From positions 54,027,618 to 54,078,921 of the forward strand of contig NC_057718.1 in the NCBI RefSeq assembly GCF_004010195.1: 51,304 bases of DNA, read 5' to 3'. The notes under the pieces are model-generated. The model was not told the origin of the DNA and did not search any database. It saw nothing but the letters and a program-made list of their open reading frames with translations. The position numbers were made by a program, and so were the translations under genes. Source of the stretch: Chiloscyllium plagiosum (Eukaryota). Shown one piece after another: positions 12,921 to 25,519 of this stretch (position 1 is the stretch's first letter; each line of letters begins with the position of its first letter).

Positions 12921-14544
12921 CAACACTTCTGCGTTTTTTTGTCCTCATGCTTCTATTTAAAACACCCAAAATTCTATATACCTTGCTAACCATATGAAAT
13001 CTGCGCTGCCACCTTTAACAGTCTTCCCACATATAACACTAGGGCTCTCACTTCCTGCAGCTCATTTAGTTCATATTACCTCTTCGCAATTTATAATCAA
13101 AATATCTCACTGCAAGCTGCTCGGCATTAATTTTCACCCATCATCACCTATTCCACCAGTCTGTCAATTTCCTATGGAAGGTTACCACAGTGCTCCTCAC
13201 AATACCTCCACATTTTGTGTCATTTGCAAGTCTTGAAATTGTGACCATGTCTAGAGTATTGTCTCCCAATAGAAAAATACTCATCAAGCATCCCTTATGA
13301 GAAAAAATATTATTTCCCATTGAGTTCAGTTCTGCTCCATTTGTTGTAAAATATTTAAATATAAAGGATTTTTATAACATTTGGGCAAGTACAAACTTGC
13401 AATTGTTTTTCTCAAATAGATATTATTGGCTCTCTAATTAGGATTTCAGACACTATAGAGGTTCAGTTAAAATATTAATGGGTGAATTATGGTCTATATT
13501 AAGATAAATTTGAAAATAACATTCAAAATGTCATCTTCCCAACTGCACTAATGTTCATTTTGATATAAAGCTATGATATAGTCTTTGAACATTCATAATT
13601 TTGTATCTGCTTTCCCTTTCAGTGAAATGCAATTTGAACCAATTAGCTCCGCCATGTTAATTATAGTGATATGAATCACAAGGGCATGTAAATGATGCGT
13701 GGGCTGTACTCACATGTGCAGGCTGTAATTTGCTTCTTTGGAAAATATTCAACTGGCAGAAATAGCAGAAACTGTTGCTGAGTCACCACAGAAGTTAATT
13801 CTGCAGCTCAAAGGTTGAGATCGTGACAAAAATCATGAAAGCAAAACTGGGCCCATCTGTATCGGTTACGTTTTGGATAAGTCAATTTTATGAAGTTGTA
13901 GTCTACATTCCAAAAGTGCCCAAAATATGTCTGAACCAAAACTGAATCAGATACTTTATCAAATCCTCCTTGTGGTCACCTATCCTTATAGATAGGATTA
14001 AGGGTAAGGTTTCTCTTAATTGAAAGAAGCGGGGGCAGTACTGGCTCTGACTAAGTACCAATTGCCTATAAAAAAGTGGCATAACTGTGAGGTGGAGTCA
14101 GGTGTCCTCCTCACTCCCTCTCCAACTCAAATGCTCCTTCAGACCGCCTGCAGGTGGCATCATTCCTGTTGTCTTAACCATTAACCCCGGAGGGCTGCTG
14201 ACAACTAGAAATGGAGAGAAATGGATTCCTTCAATCGGTCCTGTGTCTTTGAGTGACTCAAAGCAGCTCAATCAAATTATTGTAACATGTTTTGTGGTCC
14301 AATTGAAAGTGAGCTTGAGCCTTCTGGTTCTGCCACACTTTCTATGAGTTGTTCATTACATTCCAGGAAATAGACAATGGTGAATTTCACTTCCAACCTT
14401 AAAGAAAATAAAGAACTTTGATGTAAATAGAAATTTAAATATATTCATCCACGCATGTAAATTACTGTTCTTGGTCATTTGAATTTTGGAAAATTCTTTA
14501 ACAATTCAGTTTTTGTTTTTAATGTTGAGACAGATTCACACTGG

Positions 14545-15165
14545 ACATAGAGTTATAGAGATGTAAAGCACGGAAACAAACCCTTCGGTACAACTTGTGC
14601 ATGCCGACCAGATATCCCAATCTAATCTAGTCCCACTTGCCAGCACCCGGCCCATATCCCTCCAAACCCTTCCTATTCATATACCCATCCAAATGCCTTT
14701 TAAATGCTACAATTATACCAGCCTCCACCACTTCCTCTTGCAGCTCAATCCATACACGTACCACCCTCTGAGTGAAAAGATTGCCCCTTAGGTCTCTTTT
14801 ATATCTTTCCCCTCTCACCCTAAACCTATGCCCTCTAGTTCTGGACTCCGCCACCCCAGGGAAAAAGACTCTCTCTATTTATCCTATCCATGCCCCTCAA
14901 TTTTATAAATCTCTAAGGTTACCCCTCAGCCTCCGACGTTCCAGGGAAAACAGCCCCAGTCAATTCAACCTCTCCCGATAGCTCAAATCCTTCAACCCTG
15001 GCAACAACCTTGTAAATCTTTTCTGAACCCTTTCAAACTTCACAGCATCCTTCCAATAGGAAGGAGACCAAAAATAGCACGCAATATTCCAACAGTGACC
15101 TAAACAAAAACCTGTACAGCCGCAACATGACCTCCCAACTCCTGTACTCAATACTCTGACCAATC
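14545..15165 (-). mobile_element. CR1 LINE 3' fragment
   Basis: SRTRGHRFRVRGERYKRDLRGNLFTQRVVRVW and ERVQKRFTRLLPGL. Confidence 0.92.
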
Positions 15166-18100
15166 TTTAAAATTTGATGGATGTCTGCAGTTGCCATGAA
15201 ATACTATTTACTTTTCTCATGGTGCAACCTTCTGCTATTCAAAACTTGTATTCAGTCTCTCCTTCTGTGTGCAACAGCACATGCAAACACTTCAGCTAAG
15301 ATCATAGGTTAAAATGAAAAAAAATTCTTCCAGTTTCCAAACATTTATCTTAAATGGAGACATTTATCAATATCATCTTACCTCTTTGTTCTTTTTGTTG
15401 CCATTCAATTTAGAAAAAAAAAGAAATTATGTGAGCTTGCTGTATACATCAATACAGAATCTTAAAATGGAGAGAACAATGATGAAAATTAAATACATGG
15501 AAATAGTATAAATACACTTGTTAAACCATTTTACCACTGACTCCTGGCAGTGCCTCATACATAAAGTTATGCCCATTCTTCACACGTTCATTTCCCATGA
15601 ATAACATTTAAAAAATGGCAGTTTTTTCATATATTAAGGATTTTAATCTTTAAAACACAGTATTACTTCTTTATGTATTTTCATACACCTATGTTCATTT
15701 TAAAAAGGTATCCATTTGTTTAACAGAATATGTATGTGCAAACAAACTTGTATAATGCAAGCAGTTCTAGAACTGTCTCGCTTAAGTGAAATATTAAATA
15801 GCATTAGCAGGAAAAAGATAACACTATCTGCTTACTTTAAAGTAAAGCAAGAAATGAAGGCCGGAAGACATAAATGAAAGTTAGCGATATGTAAAATTAG
15901 AGCAGTTATCAGAAGCAGTCTTTACTTGAGCAAGATAGCAAAAATAAAATTATTGATAATATTCTAAGTATAGTTTATCGCCAAAATGGAAGAGAGTCAG
16001 GGTACTAGAGGAATGAGCTTTAAAAAGGCTAAATGGGCTTTCCTTTTTCTTGACTTTTCTTCTATCAGGCCATATTGGGTTACTGCGTTTTGATCAGAAT
16101 GTTCTGTTAAAATGGTCTCACATCATCATTTGCTGAACAACAAGACACCATTTGTTCAACACTTCATTCCCGAATTATTACAGTGGATAGGTAGAAACCA
16201 GATGTACCCTGAAAATGCCTGCCTGGACCCTTCATAAGTCCTGAGACACTGACTTTGTAGTAATTGCCAGATTCAGTAGAGTGATCTATGAACTGTATTA
16301 TTATCGTCAATTTATCCCAGTTTTAGATTTTTTTAAAAACTGTTCCCATTTTAAAAAAACACAGCAACAAGGCTTTAATTGTAAAGATAAAGATGTTTAT
16401 TTACAATTATTGCTCTAAAAGCTGGAGTAAAATGTTGATACCGTAATTAGCCAAAAATACAGATACAAAAGATGAAAAGTAGGTATGATTATGTGCTATT
16501 TATAAAGATTGAAGTATCATCAGTCTGTTATCATTGAAGGCTTGGAGATTCTATCTCTGAAGTGAAGGGGTTAGAAATTTAAATTCAGAATTTGGAAATG
16601 TGATGTCTTCTGTATTCAAATACAGACACAGAGTTTCCTTATACCAATGGATTCAGTAGGTAGATCAGGTTTTGGGAGAGCACAAAGTTTCCTGTTCCTC
16701 ATTAGTTTTTTGATGACACCACTTGTAGATTGGCTGGACATTTTCAATAGAGCTGCTGTTGATTTCTGAAATCCTTTTCCTGCTATTCCCTTTGACTCAA
16801 ACCTCAATGTTTTCCTCATTGTCCTTCCTAGGGAGTTGTGCTAAAATAGTGTCTTACATCCTGTCTCATACAGATGAAAATTTAAGATCACAGCTGTGTT
16901 AACTTTGACAAATCATGTTTACACAAAGCAAAGTTAATGATGCTGAATTTTCCTTCAGTATCTTTCCAGTTTCTTTTTCTCTCAGAAGCCTTAAATCTCA
17001 AGCCTTTTGAAGGACCCATTATGTGTCCAAATGTTTGTCAAATTCTGAATGTCTCCTCTTGAAATGTACATGGAGCTAACACAGTACAATTTTTTTGACT
17101 GAGGGAATCAGCAAGAGCAGTCTTGTGATTTCTGGGAGCCAGTACACAAGATATTGCATCCACTTTGAAAACCCAGAACAGCCTTCGTCACAAAGCACAT
17201 GTTACAATAGCACAGTCACAGTGAAAGCTTTCAGTCTAGTTTAAGATTACTACAGCACCTGCACATTAAACTGTAGCTCCATCCATCAGCACCTTCATTT
17301 CTATGAGACACTTTCAAATTTTCAACTCTCTCTCCAGTGCAAAGGGGGTAATGAAGATCAGATGCTAACTTTATGCTGCTCTCGGAGCTGAAGCAGCAAG
17401 TGTCTCTCTCTCTCTCTCTGTCTGAGAGAGATGCCTATAATCCCCCATAGACAATGGCTAATGACCTAACTTGCTGCACTCTTAAATGAGTGTTGCCCCC
17501 AATGGCAGTCTGTCAACTCCAGAGCCAAAACAGGTTGTCAGCAGTTGAAGAGAAAGAAAATGCTTAAGTGGGCTCAGCTGGATTTGTTCTGAACATTAAT
17601 ACTGGGTATAAACGCTGCCCGTGCCAGTACAATAGAGTTTATGATACTGTGTCAAGATATGACCTCAGAAGTGATTTAGCTGCTCAGATCCAAGCTGAAA
17701 GATTGTGAGTAATAATTGTTAGACTATACACGAAGGGGCAGTACAGTGATTTATCTTGTCACTGAAAAGTGAATTGTAAATATTTCCTGACCAAAACATG
17801 TTATGAACTTTGTGGATCACCTTTATCACCTTAACATTAACACACTATTTCTAGAACTGCAATTGCCAATAAGGCTGAAATTTAGTAACCGTCCTTTTGT
17901 CATCAGGAAATGTGCTACAAAATGTCAGTGCTCCTGTGAATCTAAATGCTACAAGCATATAACAATTAAGTCATTGTAGCTAGTAATGCTGCAGCAGGAG
18001 CTGAGATTTTAACTGTATACTAAATTGGATCGGTTAGAAACTTAAGATATTTTTAGCATCATATTGGTGATAGATACAAACAAATCAATAAGAGTCCATG

Positions 18101-18284
18101 CATCATATGGTATTGGCCTGTCATAGTGGATGCTCCAATTTAAGACAACACCAAAATTGGCTATATATCATCCCTTTCAAATTGATGCGGTGGTTTAAAG
18201 TAAATGCCTCCTGGACGGCATAAATCTATTTCTCCTGCTATTTCTATCTTCATGTATTAAATGAATGAAGCAATTGCAAACAGT

Positions 18285-18565
18285 TACAAAAATAAAATAA
18301 GGCAGATGCTGGGAATCAAATGAAGAGAGGAAATGCTGGAAATAGTCTACAGGTCTGGCATTATCTGTAGAAAGAATAAACAAAGTTAATATTTCAGATT
18401 GATCAGTTTTTGTGAGAGCTGGATGATGATGAGGATTCTGAGGAGGACGACAATGACGACTTGTTCCCATTTCTTGACTTTCCTCAGAATTGGTGAACTG
18501 TCATGAATTTGAAACCTTAACTTTGATTTTCTTTCTTCATAGACAGCGGAGTACTTCAAGCATTT
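18285..18565. mobile_element. Old PLE pLTR remnant, probably an inverted pair
   Basis: Minus-strand pLTR tail (GCAGATGCTGGGAATC...AAATGCTGGAAATA...CAGGTCTGGCA) followed by a decayed plus-strand copy ending CAAGCATTTTT. Confidence 0.5.
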
Positions 18566-19104
18566 TTAAAAATATTTTTGATGCAAACAGATATCTATCA
18601 GCAAGAGATTAATTATATTCAATTTAACAACTGAGTGAACAATATGTACTGTACCCATTTTCAGTTTACTTCAGTTTGAATTTCCACTGCATTGGAACCT
18701 GAGCAGCAAAATCTGCTGTTTCCTTCAATTTGAAGCCAATTGTCAGATGCTGAGGTGTGACAGATCCCCAGATCTGAACACTGGCACAGAGCAGTTAAGA
18801 ACACGCTGAACTACAATTGGAAAACAAAGCAAAGTAAAGCCAGTATAATATGTGAAGGGTGGCTGATTAGCTCAGTTATTAGTCAGAAAATGGAACAAGT
18901 AGTCATCAACCAGCTCTGACAATCCATGTTTCAATGGAATTAAACTCCGAAACTGTCTCCTCACTGTGCCTATTAAAATGTTAGAATGCTTTGCCACAGT
19001 TCAGCAATCAATTGTCCTACCTTCAGGCAGTGATCTCAAGCAGAAATATGTAGAAGAGCTAACAGACAATTGAGGAAAGTTAGGCCATATTAATCAAGCA
19101 TCAC

Positions 19105-19547
19105 TTGAGCTGTTGAGGAAGATAATAACAGAACATTTGCAAAATCAAAAATCTGATCAGGCAAAGTTAAAAATCACAACCCCAGGTTATAGTCCAACAG
19201 GTTTAATTGGAAGCACAAGCTTCTGGTGTGCCAATCCATCAGGTGGTTGGTGAAGGAGCAGCGCTCCGAAAGCTAATGCTTCCAATTAAACCTGTTGGAC
19301 TATAACCTGTTATTGCGTGATTTCTAACTTTGTACACCTCAGTCCAACACCGGCATCTTCAAATCCTGATCAGGCAAAGTCAATATGGCTTTGCGAAAGG
19401 GAAATTCTTTTTAACTAACTCATCTGAAATCTGAGGATGCAACAAGCAGGTGGATAAAGGGGAACATTTAGATACGGTGTACTTGAATTTTCAGAAAGCA
19501 TTCAACAAGGTGTCACAATAAAGTCTACTACACCAACAAGAGCTCCC
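19105..19547 (+). mobile_element. Old CR1 RT fragment, left half of a split element
   Basis: QSQYGFAKGK...LDTVYLNFQKAFNKVS, stopping abruptly after AAGAGCTC. Confidence 0.8.
19168..19365. mobile_element. Palindromic PLE insertion (second family) with 15-bp TSD
   Basis: CTGATCAGGCAAAGT at 19153-19167 and 19366-19380. Inverted arms CCAGGTTATAGTCCAACAGGTTTAATTGGAAGCA / TGCTTCCAATTAAACCTGTTGGACTATAACCTG. Partial hammerhead GGAGC-AGC-GCTCC-GAAAGCTA. Confidence 0.8.
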
Positions 19548-20034
19548 ACATCATAAGTGCTTCTGACAGGTCATCTCACTGCCAGCTTATGACCCCTCAT
19601 TGCATGCATACTAATCACCATACCACCACATGAATTCTGCTTTCAAAAGCCATCAAGCTAGAGAAGACTTCATGCTTTTAAAACAGGCTTTACCAGCTTG
19701 TTGCATCATGTTTCTGTTTGGCCCTGATAGATTGCAGTAAGTTTTGTGGTGGCGACATGAACAAGTTAATAGAAAATTAGTTACTGATGCGTAAATTCAG
19801 CATATTACAATTATAGAGTTTCAGTTTGTGGTCAGTAATTTGCTCATCTTTTAGGTAGTTCAAATCACCCCTAGATCCCTAGTTCTAGACACTGGACTTA
19901 TTTAGGGAATGTGAAATGAAGATTACAGGTATTTCAGGGCAAAATAAGCTCTGTGTTTATTAAATACAAAACATAAGTAAGTATAATACAAGAAATAAAA
20001 GCAAATGTAATAAACAGTGAATTGACAAGTGACT

Positions 20035-21435
20035 TTTCAGAGGAAATAATTAAATACACTATTAAATTAAACACAGGTTAAAACACTATTAGAAGCTAAA
20101 CAGCAGTTTTAATCACAAACTTTAATCAAGCTTCCTACCCTGTCACAACCCACCTTCCGCTGCCTGCGAGGCAGCTGGGAAACTTTGGGGTTTCGGGAGT
20201 TTCAGCTCACCACTGGGGAAAACATGGTTTTGAAGTAATGGTAGCTATTCCTGCTTGCTGTACCCAGTGCCTCGAAGACAACTTCAGACGGTGTATGCCT
20301 TCAATCTGGGTGAAGTTTGCTGAGGTGATTGGATGCATATTGAATTTATTAGGTAAGTACTTGGTTTTCCTCACTTTCTGGTGATTGTGCAGGCCCGGTT
20401 TTCACCTCAGGATGTGCCTAAGGCCTTGTGGCGGTGGTTGGTTAGTGCCTTTCAGAGGTTGTCAGTTCTCAGGTCTGTAGGTCATAGTCGGTTACCATTA
20501 GTTCCACTGGGGTGGAACAGAACGGTGTTGATAGGTTTGCAATTGCTGTCAGGGTCACCCTTCCAGAGATACCCCTTGGAAATAGTCACTGTAATTAGTG
20601 TTGGAACTTTTCTTCTGGGAATAGCTGCCAGAGGATCACTCTCATGGAGATAACTCTTTGGGATCCGTCTTCTGCAGATAGCAGTGGGGGTCACTCTATA
20701 GATGAGGTTGGAGCCTGCAATTATACTGTTTGTGATCCTTTGATCTTCACACCAAATCTGCACTTGCCATGGTGCTGCTGCTGCTGTTGTCAATTGGCCT
20801 CCCAGTAGTTAACAAGTATTTGAAAATATATTTTGTCGAGATTGAATGCCTGATATCTCTGACAGAATATTGATTGAAGTTGAATTTTTGGTATCTGTAT
20901 AGGTTCCATCATGCCTGGGCCGGGTAGTCAGAGATGTAAATGTTGGTTTCAGTCAAGAGCGAGAGGTCTGGCTGATTGTTCTCAGAGTGGAGGTTCAAGT
21001 TGGATTTTTGGTCTGAACAATGTCCCAGACTGAAATCATTCTGGCTCAGTGTGTGTATTTGTTGCAGCTGGGAGTTCAGGTTTTTGTTCAGTATTTGAGG
21101 TTAGAAAAGTCCAGTGTCTTGGTCCAATGTTGTAGAATGTGGGGATTTTTGTTCAATCCTACACAATACTTAAAGCATAGGAGGCTAGTCAGCCTATCAG
21201 ATCAGTGTGGAATTGATGCAAGAGCACCTCAGCTGGTTCTGTTTCTGCTTCTCTACTCCTTCTCTATGGACCTGCAGTTTATATTCTTCAGCTGTTTATG
21301 TAGTAGGTCCACGCAGGATGAAGAAAAGTTACAGGTAATGCTGCCGTGCCCCATATCCAGTACCCAAAATAGGCAAAGCAACCAGGGATGCCGGAAACAA
21401 ATTGCGACCACAGAAATGACCTTCTGTATCTCCAC
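20035..21435 (-). pseudogene. Decayed intronless gene: possible signal peptide, Cys-rich segment, Ser/Thr-rich linker and trypsin-like (S1) protease domain
   Basis: Collinear minus-strand motifs across frameshifts: LLGGQLTTAAAAPWQV (from 20808), HC (20686-20681), VLFHP (~20510), DYDL (20489-20478), CTIT (20391-20380), AG...KPC (~20225), GRWVVTG (~20150). AATAAA on the minus strand at 19961-19956. Confidence 0.7.
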
Positions 21436-22046
21436 ACTTGATCAGCAGCCAGCAATGTTCTGGTATGTTCCGGAGGCATGTGTTGTCGTGGAATGACATC
21501 ACAAACTACAAGGTGAAGCAATAATAATAAGTGATGAACCTGGACTACCCGAAAAAAATCCAAAAAATGTACAACTTCCACACGGTACGGGAAAATATGT
21601 TTCTGTTCACAACTGTAAAAGACAGGAGAAAGTGTTTGCCTGATATGTCAAAGTATATCAAGTAGTAAATAGGGAAATTTGGAACAACTCCACAGGTTGA
21701 TGCATAGTAAAGTCAAGGATTGTTTACCCCAGAACAACATGCTTTGGACAAATGAAGTTTACGAACTGAAGGCCATTTTGAAAGGTCAACAGTCATTCTT
21801 TTACTAAACCCGCAGCAAAAAGGTTAAGATCTGCACCGAAGAATCATTTAGTGTTTCCCACCTTCCAGCAAAATACAAAGAAGTCATTCATGGCTGACAA
21901 AGTAATTACAGAAGCAATGAACGTGGCTGCTATCTCTTTATTCAACGAATTTAAGAACAAAGAACAAATAACAGCAATTCAGTGCATATCATTGAATGCT
22001 TCCACAGTAGAAAGAAACTAGCTTCTCTTTTGTGTTTAATTTTATT

Positions 22047-22390
22047 GGCAGCAGAGTGGCTTATCGTACCAGAGACCCAAGTTTGATTTCAGCCTGGGCT
22101 GAATATCTATATGGAGTGTGCACATTCTCCCAGTGTCTGCAGGAGTTTCCTCTGGATGGTCCAGTTTCCTCCCACAGTCCAAAGATGTGCAGGTTAGGTA
22201 GAGTCGCTATACTAAGTTGTCCTATCATGTGCAGAGATGTGGGTCATTTACAATGGGTTAGCCACAATAAGTGCAGAGTTATGGGGATAGAGTGTGGTTT
22301 GGGAATAGGTAGGATGCCCTTTTGGAGGGTTGGGTCAGAGTCAATGGGCCTAGTGGTCTCTTTCCATGCTGGAGGGATCCTATGATTCTA
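22047..22390 (+). mobile_element. Older tRNA-derived SINE inserted in hAT
   Basis: Core GTTTCCTCCCACAGTCCAAAGATGTGCAGGTTAGG and a CTATGATTCTA tail. Confidence 0.85.
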
Positions 22391-23174
22391 AAAGCTGAGT
22401 GGATACTTTTCATAAAGGCACCTTTCAGGAACTACAAGAGGACCTGCAGTATTATGAATGCTTATCACTGTAGTTCGATAAATCTATTGACATGACAGAC
22501 AGAGTTCAGCTGATTGTTTTCTTGTGTATGATGTTTAAGGACATAATTTCTAAAAAGAGCACAGTGATGGTTCCTCACAATACATTTTCATTTGATTTCC
22601 CCTCTCATCAGTTACCGCAGTATAATACACTAGCAAGCATTATGGAGTAAATTTATGGACTTTTCTCATAATTTGATTTGAACAAAAGTCCTTTGGCTTA
22701 AATGCTTACTCAGCAAACTTGATGCTGCCTATGGTAAAAAAAACTCTCCACACTGATGTGAGGTGGTTATGTTGAGGGAAGATTCTGGAAGGATTTTGAG
22801 ATCTGATGTCTGAAATTATCACTTTTAAAACCCCAAGGAATGACTTGAGCAGTGAGCGGTCAGATAATGAGTGGTTGCTTACAGACAGAATGGTAAAACT
22901 GCATGAGCTAAACTGTGAACCGCAGAGATAGAGCAGAGACTTGACACTTGATCAGTGCAGCAAATGCATTCAACTTGAACCTGGGTCTGTAGTCCTCCCA
23001 AATTAAAAATAATCACTGCAAAATTTCCTGAGTCTGGAGAAATGCCAGAAAAAAATTCAAGTCAAAATGATTCCTCTCAGAAAACTTCTGTGCAGAACTG
23101 AGGACATTATCAGAGAAATTCAACAGGTGATTTTAGAAATTGCATGTGATGGAACAAATCATCAAGTTTGTGGC

Positions 23175-24640
23175 ATCCTTAAATACAGGTGAAGTGCCAG
23201 AGGACTGGAGGGTTGTTCATGTTGTCCCCTGCACAAGATGGGTAGTAGGGATATTCCATGTAACTACAGACCGGTGAGCCTGACGTTGGTGGTGGGAAAG
23301 TTGCTGGAGAAGGTACAGAGGGATAGGATCTATATATATATCTTTATATTTAGAAAAGAATGGGCTTATCGGTGATAGGCAACATGGTTTTGTGGGGGGA
23401 GATCATGCCTTACCAACTTAAAGAGTTCTTCGAGGAAGTGACCAAGTTGATAGATGAAGGAAGGGCTTTTGATGTCATATACATGGACTTTAGTAAGGCA
23501 TTTGATAAGGTTCCCCATGGTAAACTAATAGAGAAAGTGAAGTCACATGGTGTGCAGGGTGTTCTAGCTAGGTGGATAAAGAACTGGATGAGCAGCAGGA
23601 GACAGTAGTAGTTGAAGGACGTTTCTCAAAATGGAGAAAGGTGACCAGTGGTATGCCACAGGGGTCAGTATTGGTGCCACTGTTGCTTGTAATATACATA
23701 AATGATCTGGAAGAGGGCACTGTTGGTATAATCAGCAAGTTTGCAGATGACATGAAGATTGGTGGAGTAGCAGAAAGCATAAGGGACTGTCAGAGAATAC
23801 AGGAGGATATTGATAGACTGGAAAGTTGGGCGGAAAAGTGGCAGATGGAGTTCAATCCAGACAAATGTGAGGTGATGCATTTAGGCAAGACTAATTCTGG
23901 AGCGAATTATACAATGAACGGAAGAGCCTTGGGAAAAGTTTATGGGTGGAGAGATCTGGGAGTGCAGGTCCATTGTACCCTGAAGGTTGCTGCACAGGTG
24001 GATAGAGTGGTCAAGAAGGCATATGGTATGCTTGCTTTCATTGGACAGGGTGTTGAGTGCAAGAGCTGGCAAGTCATGTTAACATTGTACAAGACATTGG
24101 TTCGGCCACATTTAGAATACTGTGTACAGTTCTGGGCACCACATTAGCAAAAAGGATGTGGATGTTTGGAGAGGGTGCAGAGAAGGTTTACAAGGATGTT
24201 GTCTGGTATGGAAGGTGCTAGCTATGATGAGAAGTTGAGTAGGTTTATTTTCGTTAGAAAAAGGAGAGATTGAGGAGGGACCTGGTTGAGATTTATAAAG
24301 ACAGGATGGATAGAGACAAGCTTTTTCCCAGGGTGAAGGATTCAGTAACGAGGGGTCACATTTTCAAGGTGAGAGGTGGAAAGTTTAAGGGGGATACGAA
24401 GCAAGTATTTCACACAGAGGGTGGTGGGCATTTGGAACGCGTTGCCAGCAGAGGTGGTAGAGGCAGGCACGGTAGATTCATTTAAGATGCATCTGGATAA
24501 ATGCATTAGTAGGTGGGGAATAGAGGGATGCAGATGCTTAGGAATTAACCGACGGGTTTAGACAGTAAATTTGGATCGGCTCAGGCTTGGAGGACTGAAG
24601 AGCGTGTTCCTGGGCTGTAAATTTTCTTTGTTCTTTGTCT
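23175..24640 (+). mobile_element. CR1 LINE ORF2 (RT) and 3' end, relatively young, nested in hAT
   Basis: DFSKAFDKVPH, GMPQGSVL, KFADDMKIGG, WQMEFNPDKCEVMH, LVRPHLEYCVQFW. Confidence 0.95.
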
Positions 24641-24704
24641 CAGTTTGGTGGGTCACCCATTACGGAGTTCAAACCTATAATATTCCAACAGCACGAGATT
24701 GGGA

Positions 24705-25052
24705 ACATCCTTCTTGTGTTTACCCTATGATTGGAGAATCCAGAATGAACAGTTACAGTTTAAAGTACAGGATGTGTCCTTTAGGATTAAGAGGAGGAGA
24801 AATTTCTTCACCCAGAGAGTGGTGAGCCTATGGAATTAGTTATCACGGAACGTGATTGAGGCCAAAAAACTTTGAATGTTTTTAAAGGAGGAGTTAGATA
24901 TAGCCTAAAGCTCTAAAGGGATCCAAAGGATTTGTGGAGAATGCAAGAACAGGGTACCGAGTTGGATAATCAGCTATGATTATATTAAATGGTGGAGCAG
25001 GTTCAAAAAGGGCCAACTGGTCTACTCCTGCTCCTATTTTCCAAATTTTTAT
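24705..25052 (+). mobile_element. CR1 3' fragment nested in hAT
   Basis: GAGAAATTTCTTCACCCAGAGAGTGGTG and a 3' UTR ...AATGGTGGAGCAGG...CTACTCCTGCTCCTATTT. Confidence 0.85.
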
Positions 25053-25519
25053 GTCAGTTACCAAATGCCATCAGGTGTCTGAAGTACAAAATCAGTGGAA
25101 TTGCTGTGGAGATAATTATAATGCAAAATGATATTGAGCTGAATGTCAGTTCAGGGTACATTACGAGTCCCCAGGAATCAAACAGAAAAATACTCACTCC
25201 TTTCATCCTGGTCTTTTAAATTGAAAGCTTACTTTGACTCCACCACTATGAGACAGCATTCCCCCCAGTGAAGATAATCAAGTCCAATTACTGTACTGAC
25301 CCCACAGATCATTTGATAGACTGTATCAAAGAGTAAACTCCAACTACAACCCAGGCACTGACAGATAGCCTCAGTGTGACACTTGTGACCACACACTAAG
25401 TAGAGGACAAAAAGGAGTTATTAAATAAGTTCTTCAATCTATATTTTCTTTGGGGTAAATCCTAGGTTTCACCTAAAATCAAGATCACACTTTGACATTA
25501 AGAAGATCGGAGACTACCC

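Noticed and set aside
19168..19365. Palindromes interpreted as MITEs, miRNA hairpins or CRISPR-like repeats
   Set aside because: Arms are asymmetric with variable ends, TSDs are long and variable, and they carry PLE hammerhead sequence. There is no repeat-spacer array.
20482..20793. Resemblance of this ORF to a hepadnavirus-like RNase H (IYRVTPT, HESDPLAA, FHPSGTN)
   Set aside because: Catalytic acidic residues are missing and there is no RT upstream. The trypsin-like reading explains more motifs with the right order and spacing.
19887..21119. 13-bp inverted match AAGTCCAGTGTCT within the protease-like segment
   Set aside because: A single short match that does not coincide with any boundary.
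21190..21435. Possible CXC chemokine (LRCSC), four-helix cytokine or anellovirus ORF2 motif
   Set aside because: Only short Cys patterns match and the spacing does not fit. Left as an unidentified Cys-rich segment.
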